Below, piece by piece: positions 9,465 through 18,222 of a stretch of DNA of 64,000 bases. The stretch covers positions 12,309 to 76,308 of the forward strand of contig JAAXZI010000049.1 of assembly GCA_012719955.1 (NCBI GenBank), read 5' to 3'. The notes below the pieces were generated by a model. It did not search any database. It saw only the letters and a list, made by a program, of their open reading frames with translations, and was not told the DNA's origin. A program made the position numbers and the translations under genes. This DNA comes from Phycisphaerae bacterium. GTDB taxonomy: Bacteria; Planctomycetota; Phycisphaerae; UBA1845; PWPN01. Position 1 is the first letter of the stretch. The number at the start of each line of letters is the position of its first letter.

Positions 9465-9756
9465 AATTTTGTGTTGCGTGCAGCGCGACGGGCCCGGTAG
9501 GCCTGCTGCCAGGCGTTGGCCCGGGCCCGTTGGTCCCGGCGTCGGGCCATGATCGCCAGCGTCTCGGCATCCGGCGGGATCAATCCGCTGGTGATGTAGC
9601 TGATCATGGCCCAGTCATAGCTGCTGGGCCGGTCCTGAATGATCAGAGCCATCAGCAGCGTACCAATGACCGCCGCACCGATCCGACGGAGTAATGGCAG
9701 TGAGAACCGAACCCGTCCCGTTTTCGCTCCCGGGACGAAGGCCACGGCTGAACGGT

Positions 9757-9831
9757 GGCCGCTGACCGCTGACCGCTGATCGCTCGTCTTAATGACCGCT
9801 TGCGGATTGAGGACGCGTGCGCTATCCCGCG
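9757..9831. repeat. 75-nt repeat, copy 1 (starts with a GCTGAYC heptamer array)
   Basis: ggccgctgaccgctgaccgctgatcgctcgtcttaatgaccgcttgcggattgaggacgcgtgcgctatcccgcg. By hand alignment it matches 11707-11781 at 67 of 75 positions. Confidence 0.85.
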
Positions 9832-9980
9832 TAGCCGGCTTCGGAAAGCCGCCAGCCTGACAAAATGCTGACTGTCTCCCGCCGCTCCTCGGAAAATGAA
9901 GCATACTGTCATTGCTCATTGACAAGTGCATACACGCCCGGACCTGAATTCTGGTGTGCTCCGTTGCTCCCCCGGGGGGC

Positions 9981-10044
9981 GCTGATCGCTGATCGCCGAT
10001 TGACCGCTCCGCCGCCAGTTCTCAGTCCTCAGTTCTCAGTTTCC
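9981..10044. repeat. heptamer arrays (GCTGATC units, then AGTTCTC units)
   Basis: gctgatcgctgatcgccgattgaccgc is followed by cagttctcagtcctcagttctcagtttcc. The second array carries TCA every 7 nt at 10022, 10029 and 10036, which read as TGA on the minus strand. Confidence 0.8.
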
Positions 10045-10297
10045 CCAGGGCCCGCCTTCCCCGTGTCGTCGCCTCTCGCCCCTCATCCCTCGTCTTTTAT
10101 CTCTTGTCCGTCTGTCCCGTGTCCCCCCTTCCCTCTCTCCCTGTATCTCTCTGTCCCTCCTTCCCTCTGCCTCGATTCCGTTGACAATTCCGGGCCTTCT
10201 CCTTAGAAGCTCTGCAGTGGGCCAGGTACTTTGCGATGCAAATCACGTGCTTTGACGTAAGCGGCATCTGCGCACACCACTGAATGGAGGCCACGCC

Positions 10298-11695
10298 ATG
10301 CATTCTCGAGTTCTGCATTGGATCGGGTGCATTCTCCTTGTCGTCACGCTGTCCGGTCAGTCCTGTACGCCCACCGGCCCGTCGTCCGTAGACGTGCAGG
10401 ACACGACGCCGCCGACGCTGACCGTCATGGGTCCGAACCCGGCCACCGTCGAACGCGGCGATGTCTATCGTGATTACGGTGCGGTGGCCTTCGATGCTGA
10501 CGCGGGTGACTTGACCAGCACCATCCAGGTGACCGGCACGGTAGACACCTCGGTCGTCGGCTCCCACACACTGACTTACTCGGTCTCGGACGGCGTGAAT
10601 CCCCCCACGACCGCCACTCGGACGGTGAACGTTGTGGATACCACGCCGCCGGTCATTACGCTGACCGGCGCCGCGCTGCTGGACCTGGAATGCGGCGGGA
10701 CGTACGAGGAACCGGGCGCCACCGCCAGCGGCGCCGACGACAATTCCATCGTCGTAACCGGCCAGCCGGAAAACCCGCTCGCGACGGGCGTCTACCTGGT
10801 GCGCTATAACGTGAGCGATGCGGCCGGCAATCCCGCCGAGGAGAAGACCCGGTTCGTCGTCGTCCATGACAGCACGGCCCCGGTTATCTCCCTGATCGGA
10901 CCCGCCAGTTTGACCATCGATGCCGGCGAAGCTTTCGTGGATCCGGGCGCGACGGCCAGCGATTCTTGCAGCGGCGATCTGACCGACAGAATCGTGACCG
11001 AGAACGAGGTCAACCCGGACGCGCCAGGCGTTTATACCATCACCTACAACGTCGTGGACTTCTCCGGCAACGCGGCGTCAGCGACCCGTACCGTGACCGT
11101 CCAGGCCGTGTCGTCCGTCCAGTGGGCCGCCAACTACGCCGGACCGGGTTACCGCGTCATCGTCCGGTTCAGCCAGCCCGTGCAGCAGGCCGGAGCCTCG
11201 CTTCCGAGCAGCTATCGGACCGTGACGACTTCGGCCCAGCCGACGGCGGTGGCGCTCAGCGCCGACGGCCTCACCGCTACGCTGGCTTTCGAGCCCGTGG
11301 GCGGCCTGTCCTCCAACGAGCAGCTTCAGATCGGCGTTGGTGGCCAAATTCTGAACTGGCTCGGCAATGTGACCCCCGTCACTACGAAATCCATCGCGGC
11401 GAATTCCGCCGACACCCAGGCCCCGGGGTGGACTTTGTCCACCAAGATAAATGCGACCAAACAATTTACTCTCAACTTCAACGAAGTAATGGACAAGGCC
11501 AGTGCAGAGAATCTGGCCCACTACCAGAACATGACCGATCCCAACAACCCGCCGCTGTCTGCCTCGCTCGATGCAAACGGCACCAAGGTGGTGCTCACCT
11601 TCGGGTCGGAGCCGGTGACGCACGTGATTCGCGTGAGTGTCGGGAACACCATCAAGGATATCAACGGGAATCCGTTCCCGCAGATGTCATTCTGA
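10298..11695 (+). CDS. secreted protein with three DUF5011-type Ig-like repeats and a C-terminal Ig-like region
   Basis: ggagg lies 7 nt before the ATG, and the N-terminus is hydrophobic. The pattern DTTPP(V/T)I(T/S)L.G....(V/L)E.G..Y.(D/E)PGA.A.D...GDLT...V.G.V......G.Y...Y.V.D..GN.A....R.V.V occurs three times. Confidence 0.75.
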   Translation: MHSRVLHWIGCILLVVTLSGQSCTPTGPSSVDVQDTTPPTLTVMGPNPATVERGDVYRDYGAVAFDADAGDLTSTIQVTGTVDTSVVGSHTLTYSVSDGVNPPTTATRTVNVVDTTPPVITLTGAALLDLECGGTYEEPGATASGADDNSIVVTGQPENPLATGVYLVRYNVSDAAGNPAEEKTRFVVVHDSTAPVISLIGPASLTIDAGEAFVDPGATASDSCSGDLTDRIVTENEVNPDAPGVYTITYNVVDFSGNAASATRTVTVQAVSSVQWAANYAGPGYRVIVRFSQPVQQAGASLPSSYRTVTTSAQPTAVALSADGLTATLAFEPVGGLSSNEQLQIGVGGQILNWLGNVTPVTTKSIAANSADTQAPGWTLSTKINATKQFTLNFNEVMDKASAENLAHYQNMTDPNNPPLSASLDANGTKVVLTFGSEPVTHVIRVSVGNTIKDINGNPFPQMSF

Positions 11696-11706
11696 TCAGG
11701 TGTGCC

Positions 11707-11781
11707 GGCCGCTGACGGCTGATCGCTGACCGCTCGTCTTGGTGACCGCTTGCGGATCGAAGACCCGTGCGCTATCCCGCG
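11707..11781. repeat. 75-nt repeat, copy 2
   Basis: ggccgctgacggctgatcgctgaccgctcgtcttggtgaccgcttgcggatcgaagacccgtgcgctatcccgcg. It begins 12 nt after the DUF5011 gene stop and overlaps the last codons of the convergent gene 11772-12305. Confidence 0.85.
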
Positions 11782-12305
11782 CAGGCCGGATCGGCCGGAT
11801 GGTTTTCCCCACTGTAGCAGCGCTGGAACACGCCGAAGTCGTCCTGGTCTACGTCGCCGTCCTGATCGCGGTCCAGAATGTCAAAAGTCGCCTGCGCGCA
11901 GCCGGCCGGTGGACCGAAAGTGGCCGGACCGGTGGAACAGAAGTCGAAGACCATCAAGTCCCTGGCGTCCACGTCCCCATCTCGCAGGAAGTCAAACGGG
12001 ATCATCGGGGGGCAGCCGTCCGCGTCCACCGGCGAGCCGGGAATGGTGTTGAGACACAAATCCAGGCTGTCCGGAATACCATCGCCGTCTGCGTCGCCGT
12101 CGCTGTGGACGGCCAGGCTGTGATAGCCGCCCCCCGCGACGGCCACGAAGCCGCTGTTGGGCACGGGGACGTTGGTCTGGCCGTAGTCGTTGTATCCCCA
12201 GGCCACGATGGAGCTAATGGTCTGGCCGTTCGCCATCCCGGCACTGCCGCCCAGGCCAGCAAAAAACTGGTTGCCGCAACCCTGAAGAAACGCGTCATTC
12301 TGCAC
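11772..12305 (-). CDS. RCC1-repeat fragment plus thrombospondin-type-3/dockerin-like Ca-binding C-terminal region; probably a truncated gene
   Basis: The motifs are WGYNDYGQTNVP and GGYHSLAV (RCC1 blade), DADGDGIPD, and DVDARD/DQDGDVDQDD. There is no signal peptide, and an in-frame stop lies 15 codons upstream of the GTG start. Only about 1.5 of the 7 blades of a propeller are present. Confidence 0.45.
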   Translation of the reverse strand: MQNDAFLQGCGNQFFAGLGGSAGMANGQTISSIVAWGYNDYGQTNVPVPNSGFVAVAGGGYHSLAVHSDGDADGDGIPDSLDLCLNTIPGSPVDADGCPPMIPFDFLRDGDVDARDLMVFDFCSTGPATFGPPAGCAQATFDILDRDQDGDVDQDDFGVFQRCYSGENHPADPACAG

Positions 12306-12677
12306 CTCCGCGCCATAAGAAGAAATGCGCCTGCTCAGGAGGGAACTGTGCTACAGCTAAACTGTTGTATTTTCTACTAATAGCCATAAGCTTACCGTGA
12401 CACCTCTCGCACAAAACGAACAATTTTGTTAATAGTGAAGATAGTTCAGCCAGGGGCGAAGATACCGTACAACGCGTCTCTCCATTCAGGATGCCACGCA
12501 AACGGGGGAACATGAGACGGTCACGGAATGGCAGGGGATAAACAGACGGGACAGGTTCGTTTTTGCCGACTGATCCGGACGCCGACGAGCCGGCCTTCGC
12601 GGCTCCATGCCGCGGAAACGGCGGCGGAACTGGAGCCCGACAGCGCAAACGTCGTAACGGCCGTTTTGCCCATGCGA

Positions 12678-12737
12678 CGGCCGGTACAGAGCCCGGCCGC
12701 TACGAGCGAACGGCCGGTACGGAGCCCGGCCGCTACG
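12678..12737. repeat. family-A repeat, two tandem copies (33-nt spacing)
   Basis: acggccggtacagagcccggccgctac gagcga acggccggtacggagcccggccgctac. Confidence 0.85.
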
Positions 12738-12825
12738 CAGGAAACGAGCGGTCATCCAGCATTCGCCAGGATCCCGCCTGGCCGCTACAGGTGGTATGTC
12801 CCAAGGTGTGTCACAAGAACGCACA

Positions 12826-12886
12826 CGGCCACAAAAGGACAAAAGATGAGGGCAAGGGGAGGATCCTCACCCTTGATCCCTCATCA
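12826..12886 (-). terminator. intrinsic terminator after the acetylesterase gene
   Basis: A long imperfect hairpin, gatgagggcaaggggaggatc / gatcctcacccttgatccctcatc, is followed on the minus strand by ttttgtccttttgt. Confidence 0.65.
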
Positions 12887-12926
12887 GTCCTTCGTGTCCC
12901 CGTGCTGCTGCGATGGATCCGGCGGG

Positions 12927-14459
12927 TTACTTGTTCTCCACCGTCACGCCCGGCCAATCGTCCGTCCGGAACGGCACCGCCGGCAAACCCGCCGCGTTGT
13001 ACAGGTTGCAGATCGGATTGTGCGCCCATGCATAGCGGACCGCCTTGGGCGCCGGAACGCGCGGGCTCCACACCACCACCGTATCGCCCTCAATATCCGC
13101 GTGGGCCCACTGCCACTTGCGATCCTCGCCGGCCACGGCAAAGCCGGTCGGCACCGACCCCTTGGCCACCAGGCCCTCAGCATTCTTGAACTTGATCCGC
13201 ACCTTGGCGCCCTCAATGTGCATGGAATCGTACACCGGGCCGGATGCGACCACGTCCTTGCCGTACGCCACCTTGAGAGCCTGGAGCATCAGCCGACGGC
13301 CGACCGTCTGCTTGTCCTTCGGATGGATGTCGTCCGCCTCACCCACATCAATGGTGATCGCGAGTCCGTTGCCCGGCTGCGCCGCGGTCATGGCCTGGGC
13401 CTCGCGCAGTTCCGCCCAGTCATCATCGCCCGGCTCATCCTTGACCGCCTGGAAGTTGGCCAGCGACACGATCAGGAACGCGAACTGGTCCTGCTGCCAG
13501 ACGTCCCGCCAGCATTTGATCATGGCCGGCAGGAGCTTGCGGTATTGATAGGCCCGCGGCGCGTTCGACTCGCCCTGGTACCAGATGGCCCCGCGGACGG
13601 CGAATGGCACCAGCGGCGAGATCATGGCGTTGTACAGCCCGGCCGGTTTCCAGGGGTTGGTCGCCGGATCGGCCGGCTTCTTGGGCGCTGGTTTGCCTTC
13701 GGCCCGGGCCTTGTCGGCGGCTTTCTCCCAGTCCGCCAGCGACTGGGCATACTTCCGCACATTCTCCTCCCAGCGATCGAGGATAGGCCGGAAGTCGGCC
13801 TCGCCGGCCAGCACCGAGTGTTCGGTCCATGACTCCGCCGGCGTGCCGCCCCAGGAGGTGTGGATCAGCCCCACGGGCACGTCCAACTCCTTGTGCAGGT
13901 CGCGACCGAAGAAGTACCCCACTGCCGAGAACCCCGGAATCGTCTTGGGTCCGCACGCCGTCCATTCGGCCTGCGTGTCGGTTTGGGGCGTGTCGGCCAC
14001 GGTTCGCGGCACGCTGAACAGCCGGATGCGCGGATAGTTGGCCGCGGCAATCTCCCTGGTGGCATTCTTGGCGCGATCGACGGTCCACTGCATGTTCGAC
14101 TGGCCGGAGCAGATCCAGACTTCACCGACGAGGATATCGCTGACGCTCAGGCGGTTCTTGCCCGCCACCGTCATCTCCAGCGGGCCCTGTCCGGCCTTGA
14201 GCGGCTCGAAGCGCACCATCCACCGACCGTCCTGGCCGGCGGTCACGGTCTTCTTCTGATCGCCCAGCGTGACGGTCACTTCTTCGCCCGCATCAGCCGT
14301 ACCCCAGATGGGCACCGGCATGCCCTGCTGCAAGACCATGTGGTCGCCGATGACCGCCGGCAGCTTCACGTCGGCCAGGGCCGTCGCCGCCACGAAACCA
14401 ACCAGCAAACCCGCTGCATGGAAAGCCGTTCGCATCCGAATCATGTGGAGTGCCTCCAA
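12927..14459 (-). CDS. sialate O-acetylesterase (SASA/DUF303) family carbohydrate esterase
   Basis: A signal peptide is present, with VWICSGQSNMQW (the GQSNM catalytic motif) and GAIWYQGESN. The true start may be one of the nearby downstream methionines. Confidence 0.8.
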   Translation of the reverse strand: MEALHMIRMRTAFHAAGLLVGFVAATALADVKLPAVIGDHMVLQQGMPVPIWGTADAGEEVTVTLGDQKKTVTAGQDGRWMVRFEPLKAGQGPLEMTVAGKNRLSVSDILVGEVWICSGQSNMQWTVDRAKNATREIAAANYPRIRLFSVPRTVADTPQTDTQAEWTACGPKTIPGFSAVGYFFGRDLHKELDVPVGLIHTSWGGTPAESWTEHSVLAGEADFRPILDRWEENVRKYAQSLADWEKAADKARAEGKPAPKKPADPATNPWKPAGLYNAMISPLVPFAVRGAIWYQGESNAPRAYQYRKLLPAMIKCWRDVWQQDQFAFLIVSLANFQAVKDEPGDDDWAELREAQAMTAAQPGNGLAITIDVGEADDIHPKDKQTVGRRLMLQALKVAYGKDVVASGPVYDSMHIEGAKVRIKFKNAEGLVAKGSVPTGFAVAGEDRKWQWAHADIEGDTVVVWSPRVPAPKAVRYAWAHNPICNLYNAAGLPAVPFRTDDWPGVTVENK

Positions 14460-14742
14460 TTACCACTCATAAAGAAGCCGCGCGGGCTTCCGGCCCGCGC
14501 GGCCACGTCTTACCAGACAGGCCACGCAATCCCCCGGGTGTTTTCAATCCCGGGCTGGCCTCTGTTTTAAACTCCCACCCGTCCGGCGTAAAGCCCCGTT
14601 CCCCGGGGCCCAACGGCCAGGCGAGTGGAAGGCCCGCCGCTCCCCCCTCGACAATCGGCGGCTGATGCGATTGCACGGCTGCTTTTGTGCGAGCACGAGC
14701 GGCTGGCGACCTGCGCCCCCAAACCCGCCCGCCATCCGTGCA

Positions 14743-17700
14743 TTACTTCTCGTCCGCCGGGGCGGCCTGCTGCCCCAGGATCATCATGGAGTAAGACCGT
14801 CCGGAATACTCCTCCAGGGGCGCCGACAGCATACGATCAATGCGTGTCTTGCACGTGCTCAAGTGTGCGGCCGAGGCGAAATCCAGCGGCTCACCCGGCT
14901 GTCTGAGCACTTCGCCTATCTGCCGGCTCAGCTCGGACAGCGAGTGCTGCAACATGGCGTGCAGATCGGGCGAAAGCATCATTCCCGGCTGCATGCGCAC
15001 CATCGGCTCCACGATGCCGAGGTACTCACGTTGCAGCGATCGCCGCACGTCGCTGACAAACGGCGACGTGTTGCTCCATTTCCCGCCGGCCCGTCGGCCG
15101 ACATTGACTGAGTCCCCCCAGCAGGCATTCCGAATGGCCTGAATATACTCAGCCACAGTAAACTTCTCGCCCTTTTCCACCTTCATCTCCGCGTCCTGAA
15201 TACGCCGCAGAGTGTCGGGGAACAGCCGGTCGTACAGGTTCCACCACTGGAGAATTGAGATCATGTCGTGGATGGGGAAATCCAGGCGGGCGGTCACGTA
15301 AGCGCCGTCGTGATACCAGCGTGGAACGGACAGATGGTTGAGTACGTGCGCCGGAACCTCGAAGAACTGGTCGTTGAACAGCGTCTCCTGGATGAAGTTC
15401 ATGGCCCGCCGCTGGGTGGCCGCGTCCACCAGCACGAACGGCGGCTGGCCATCCGGGTCGCCGCGATGGCTACGGCTGATGTATTGCCCGCCAATGTAAC
15501 GGCCGACGTAATCGAGCACGAAGGCCTTCTCCATCATGAGGTGCTCAAAAGCCCGGCGGGCGTGATACCAGCTCTCACCTTCCTTCGCGGCCCAGTCCAG
15601 CAGGTTGGCCATGCGCTTGTTGATGACGGCTATGCGATCTTTGGCCCAGTCAACCGGATCGGCGCCGGCGTCGTAGCGGTTCGTCCGTGGATCGGGGCTC
15701 AGGAAAGTCGTGTCCTCGTCGGTCGCATAGGCCAGTTCCGGCTCGGCCGCCCGGGCGGCGATGGCCTGGAGCATGGCCTCCTCACCGGCCAGGGCCGGCC
15801 TGGGGGCCTCCTTCTTGGCTTTTTCGTCCGGCTTGCCCTTTTCGTTCTTCTCGCTCTTCGCATCCTTGCCCTCCGTGGCCTCGGCGGCCTCGATCATCTT
15901 GCGGACGTGAGCCGGGAGTTTGGCCAGCAGCTCAGGCGGGATATCGCCGTTCTTGTCGGCCTGCGCCGGGGCGGTCTCAGGCTTGGCCTTGGGCTCATCC
16001 TTCGCAGCTTTGGCCAGCGGCTGGTAGCTGCCATCGGCCGGACGATAGCCATACTCGATCACCCAGTAGTCCCACGGGCCCAGGGTCGGCGTAATAAAGA
16101 ATCCTTCCGTTGGGTTCTCGGCGGTGTAGAGCACCGGGTTGTAATCCATAACCGATCCGCTGGTCGGCTCGCCGGTCATGCGGCGCCGGCAGATCTCCTC
16201 CAGCGAGTAGATGCTGCTGGCCTTGAAGTTGTGCCGCAGGCCCAGCGTGTGGCCGACCTCGTGGGCCACGATTTGCTTGATCACGTCATAGAGCAGCCGG
16301 TCGATGACTTCCTTGGGCTGGTCGGCCAGAACGGCCTGGGCCACGATGAGCTGGTGCATCATGCCGCGCGCGTAGTCGCAGTGATGCATGTGCTTGTGGG
16401 ACAGGTGTTCGTGAAGCGCCCGGCTGACGTTCGGACGGGGCTCGCCCACGGCGAAACTATGCCATTCCTTCCCCTCTTTCCCCGTGCGCATCCACTCCGG
16501 GCAGAGCTCTACGAACCGGCGAAGGGTCGGATCGCTCATCTTGAGCTCCACCAGGCCGGTGGGGATCATGTGGCGGGCTTCCATCTCCTGGAAGCGGACC
16601 ATGGAATCATCGAACACGATGTCCGCGTCATAGATCTGGCCGGTGAAGGGGTTGGAACGATGCGGCCCCATCGCAAAAGCCCCGCCGGTCACGATCCAGC
16701 GGAAAAAGCTGTAGCGCATGTCCTCGGGGTCGATGTCTTTCCACTCGTTGTCCTCTGTCTGCTGGCGAACCTGGATGGCATCGACAAAACCGAGCCGGTC
16801 GAAGGCCTTGTTCCATTCGAGAATCCCGTCGCGGACCGCCTTGCGGAAGCGGATGGGTACCGTCTTCTCCACGTAGAAGATAATTGGCTCGCGCGGCTCG
16901 CACCTCGGCAAGCTGGCATCGCGCTTCACCAGGTGCCAGCGGTCGATGTAGCGGTTGAACAGGTCGCGCGATTCGGTGGGCTTGGCCCAGTCCTGATGGG
17001 CGGTCAGGAAGTAGCCCACGCGGTCGTCGGCGACGCGTGGCTTATAGTCGCTGGCCGGCAGCTTCCAGAAGCTGTAATGCAGCAGTTGCTTGTTGTACGA
17101 CCCCGGCGGGTAGCCGGCGGAAACGGCCAGTTCCACGCCGATCTCGACGTTCAACTCAAACGCCTTCTTCTTCGTCCACTTGCTCAGGGAGGCGTTGACT
17201 CCGCCGCCCATTCGGGAACCGAACGAGCTGAACACGTAGCCGATGTTCGCAAGGCCGCCCTTGAGCAGCGGACCAAGATCAATTACCGGATCGCCGGCCG
17301 GCGACCGGGTAACGATGGGCACGGCCGCGCGGATGCGGTCGGAGTAGGTCCGCTTGACGATATCGCTGATGGTGCCCTTCTCATCGGCGACATAACGGGT
17401 TTCCGGCTCGATCAGCAGCAACTGGCGATCCAGCACTTCCCATTTGACCACCTTCTCGTCCACCGGGAAGCACCCGCCGCCGGCCTGGCTGGTGGAGAGC
17501 ATAAAATTCTGCCCCAGGAACGAGGCCGGTATCTGGCAGAGCAGCTTTTCGGTGTCTTTGTCCTTGGCCGAAGCGGGATAGTACCAGAGGGTGAACAGGC
17601 CGGCCTTGGATTCCATGCCCTTGGTCACCTCCTCGAACTTGGGATAGGGTGAGGGCTCTTCCTTGGCCGTCGGCGCGGTGGCGGGCGGCTGGGGCGGTTG

Positions 17701-17796
17701 GGGCGTCGGAGCTGCCTGCTGAGCCAGAAGCCTCTGGGCACCCGGCAGGCCCACAAGACAGCACAACAGCAAACTTACGACTGGGGTTTTGGACAT
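14743..17796 (-). CDS. secreted zinc metalloprotease (DUF4953/DUF5117-type)
   Basis: The HEVGHTLGLRHNF zinc-binding motif is present. The ATG at 17796 gives the signal peptide MSKTPVVSLLLCCLVGLPGAQRLLAQQ. The upstream 76 codons of the track ORF were rejected. Confidence 0.85.
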   Translation of the reverse strand: MSKTPVVSLLLCCLVGLPGAQRLLAQQAAPTPQPPQPPATAPTAKEEPSPYPKFEEVTKGMESKAGLFTLWYYPASAKDKDTEKLLCQIPASFLGQNFMLSTSQAGGGCFPVDEKVVKWEVLDRQLLLIEPETRYVADEKGTISDIVKRTYSDRIRAAVPIVTRSPAGDPVIDLGPLLKGGLANIGYVFSSFGSRMGGGVNASLSKWTKKKAFELNVEIGVELAVSAGYPPGSYNKQLLHYSFWKLPASDYKPRVADDRVGYFLTAHQDWAKPTESRDLFNRYIDRWHLVKRDASLPRCEPREPIIFYVEKTVPIRFRKAVRDGILEWNKAFDRLGFVDAIQVRQQTEDNEWKDIDPEDMRYSFFRWIVTGGAFAMGPHRSNPFTGQIYDADIVFDDSMVRFQEMEARHMIPTGLVELKMSDPTLRRFVELCPEWMRTGKEGKEWHSFAVGEPRPNVSRALHEHLSHKHMHHCDYARGMMHQLIVAQAVLADQPKEVIDRLLYDVIKQIVAHEVGHTLGLRHNFKASSIYSLEEICRRRMTGEPTSGSVMDYNPVLYTAENPTEGFFITPTLGPWDYWVIEYGYRPADGSYQPLAKAAKDEPKAKPETAPAQADKNGDIPPELLAKLPAHVRKMIEAAEATEGKDAKSEKNEKGKPDEKAKKEAPRPALAGEEAMLQAIAARAAEPELAYATDEDTTFLSPDPRTNRYDAGADPVDWAKDRIAVINKRMANLLDWAAKEGESWYHARRAFEHLMMEKAFVLDYVGRYIGGQYISRSHRGDPDGQPPFVLVDAATQRRAMNFIQETLFNDQFFEVPAHVLNHLSVPRWYHDGAYVTARLDFPIHDMISILQWWNLYDRLFPDTLRRIQDAEMKVEKGEKFTVAEYIQAIRNACWGDSVNVGRRAGGKWSNTSPFVSDVRRSLQREYLGIVEPMVRMQPGMMLSPDLHAMLQHSLSELSRQIGEVLRQPGEPLDFASAAHLSTCKTRIDRMLSAPLEEYSGRSYSMMILGQQAAPADEK

Positions 17797-18222
17797 GACT
17801 GGTTCTCCTGCAAAACCGATCGAAATCGGAAAACACGCCCAGGAATGACTTCCCACACTCGGTAAGCCCAAACGACCGTGCGCGATGGTCAGACGGCCAG
17901 GAGCACGGCTGTGCACCATGGCTCTTGAGCCGTGCCAGGCCGTGCCGGAACGACTCGGCGGTTCGCTACCGCTCAAGCACAGGGGCACACACAAAGCGAC
18001 AACGCGCCCCATGGCGTGTCGCAAGATCGCACACAGTCATGGCATATAGATCGCGCTCAATGTCCCTTTGCCGGAATGCGGGAATGCCGGCGTCCTGCCG
18101 ACCATCCGAACCGTTCTGCCACGGCCGGCACAGGGAGACTCCTTCTCCATCCCGCTAAGCAATATTGACGTTGAAGGAAACGTGTTCTTACAAAACCTGT
18201 CGCTGATCGGCCCGTGGAAGGA

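Noticed and set aside
9143-9931. 262-aa minus-strand ORF in the spacer after the GGDEF gene
   Set aside because: It runs through A and B repeats, a heptamer array and the 75-nt repeat, and overlaps the 3' end of the GGDEF gene. A short central stretch (about 9480-9660) has coding-like composition, so a small real gene cannot be fully excluded. I could find no credible start or family.
15268-17652. 794-aa ORF on the plus strand
   Set aside because: It is entirely antisense to the zinc metalloprotease gene, whose translation carries a clear HEVGHTLGLRHNF motif and signal peptide. The antisense product is Gly/Arg/Ala/Leu-rich with no motif. This is a typical high-GC shadow ORF.
17797-18024. N-terminal extensions of track ORFs (here 76 codons, and similar cases at 19657-19734, 37116-37223, 38881-39084, 40382-40564, 49410-49553, 32380-32496 and 59722-60006)
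   Set aside because: In each case an internal start gives a canonical signal peptide or family N-terminus, and often an SD or an overlap with the upstream stop. The extension has no such support.
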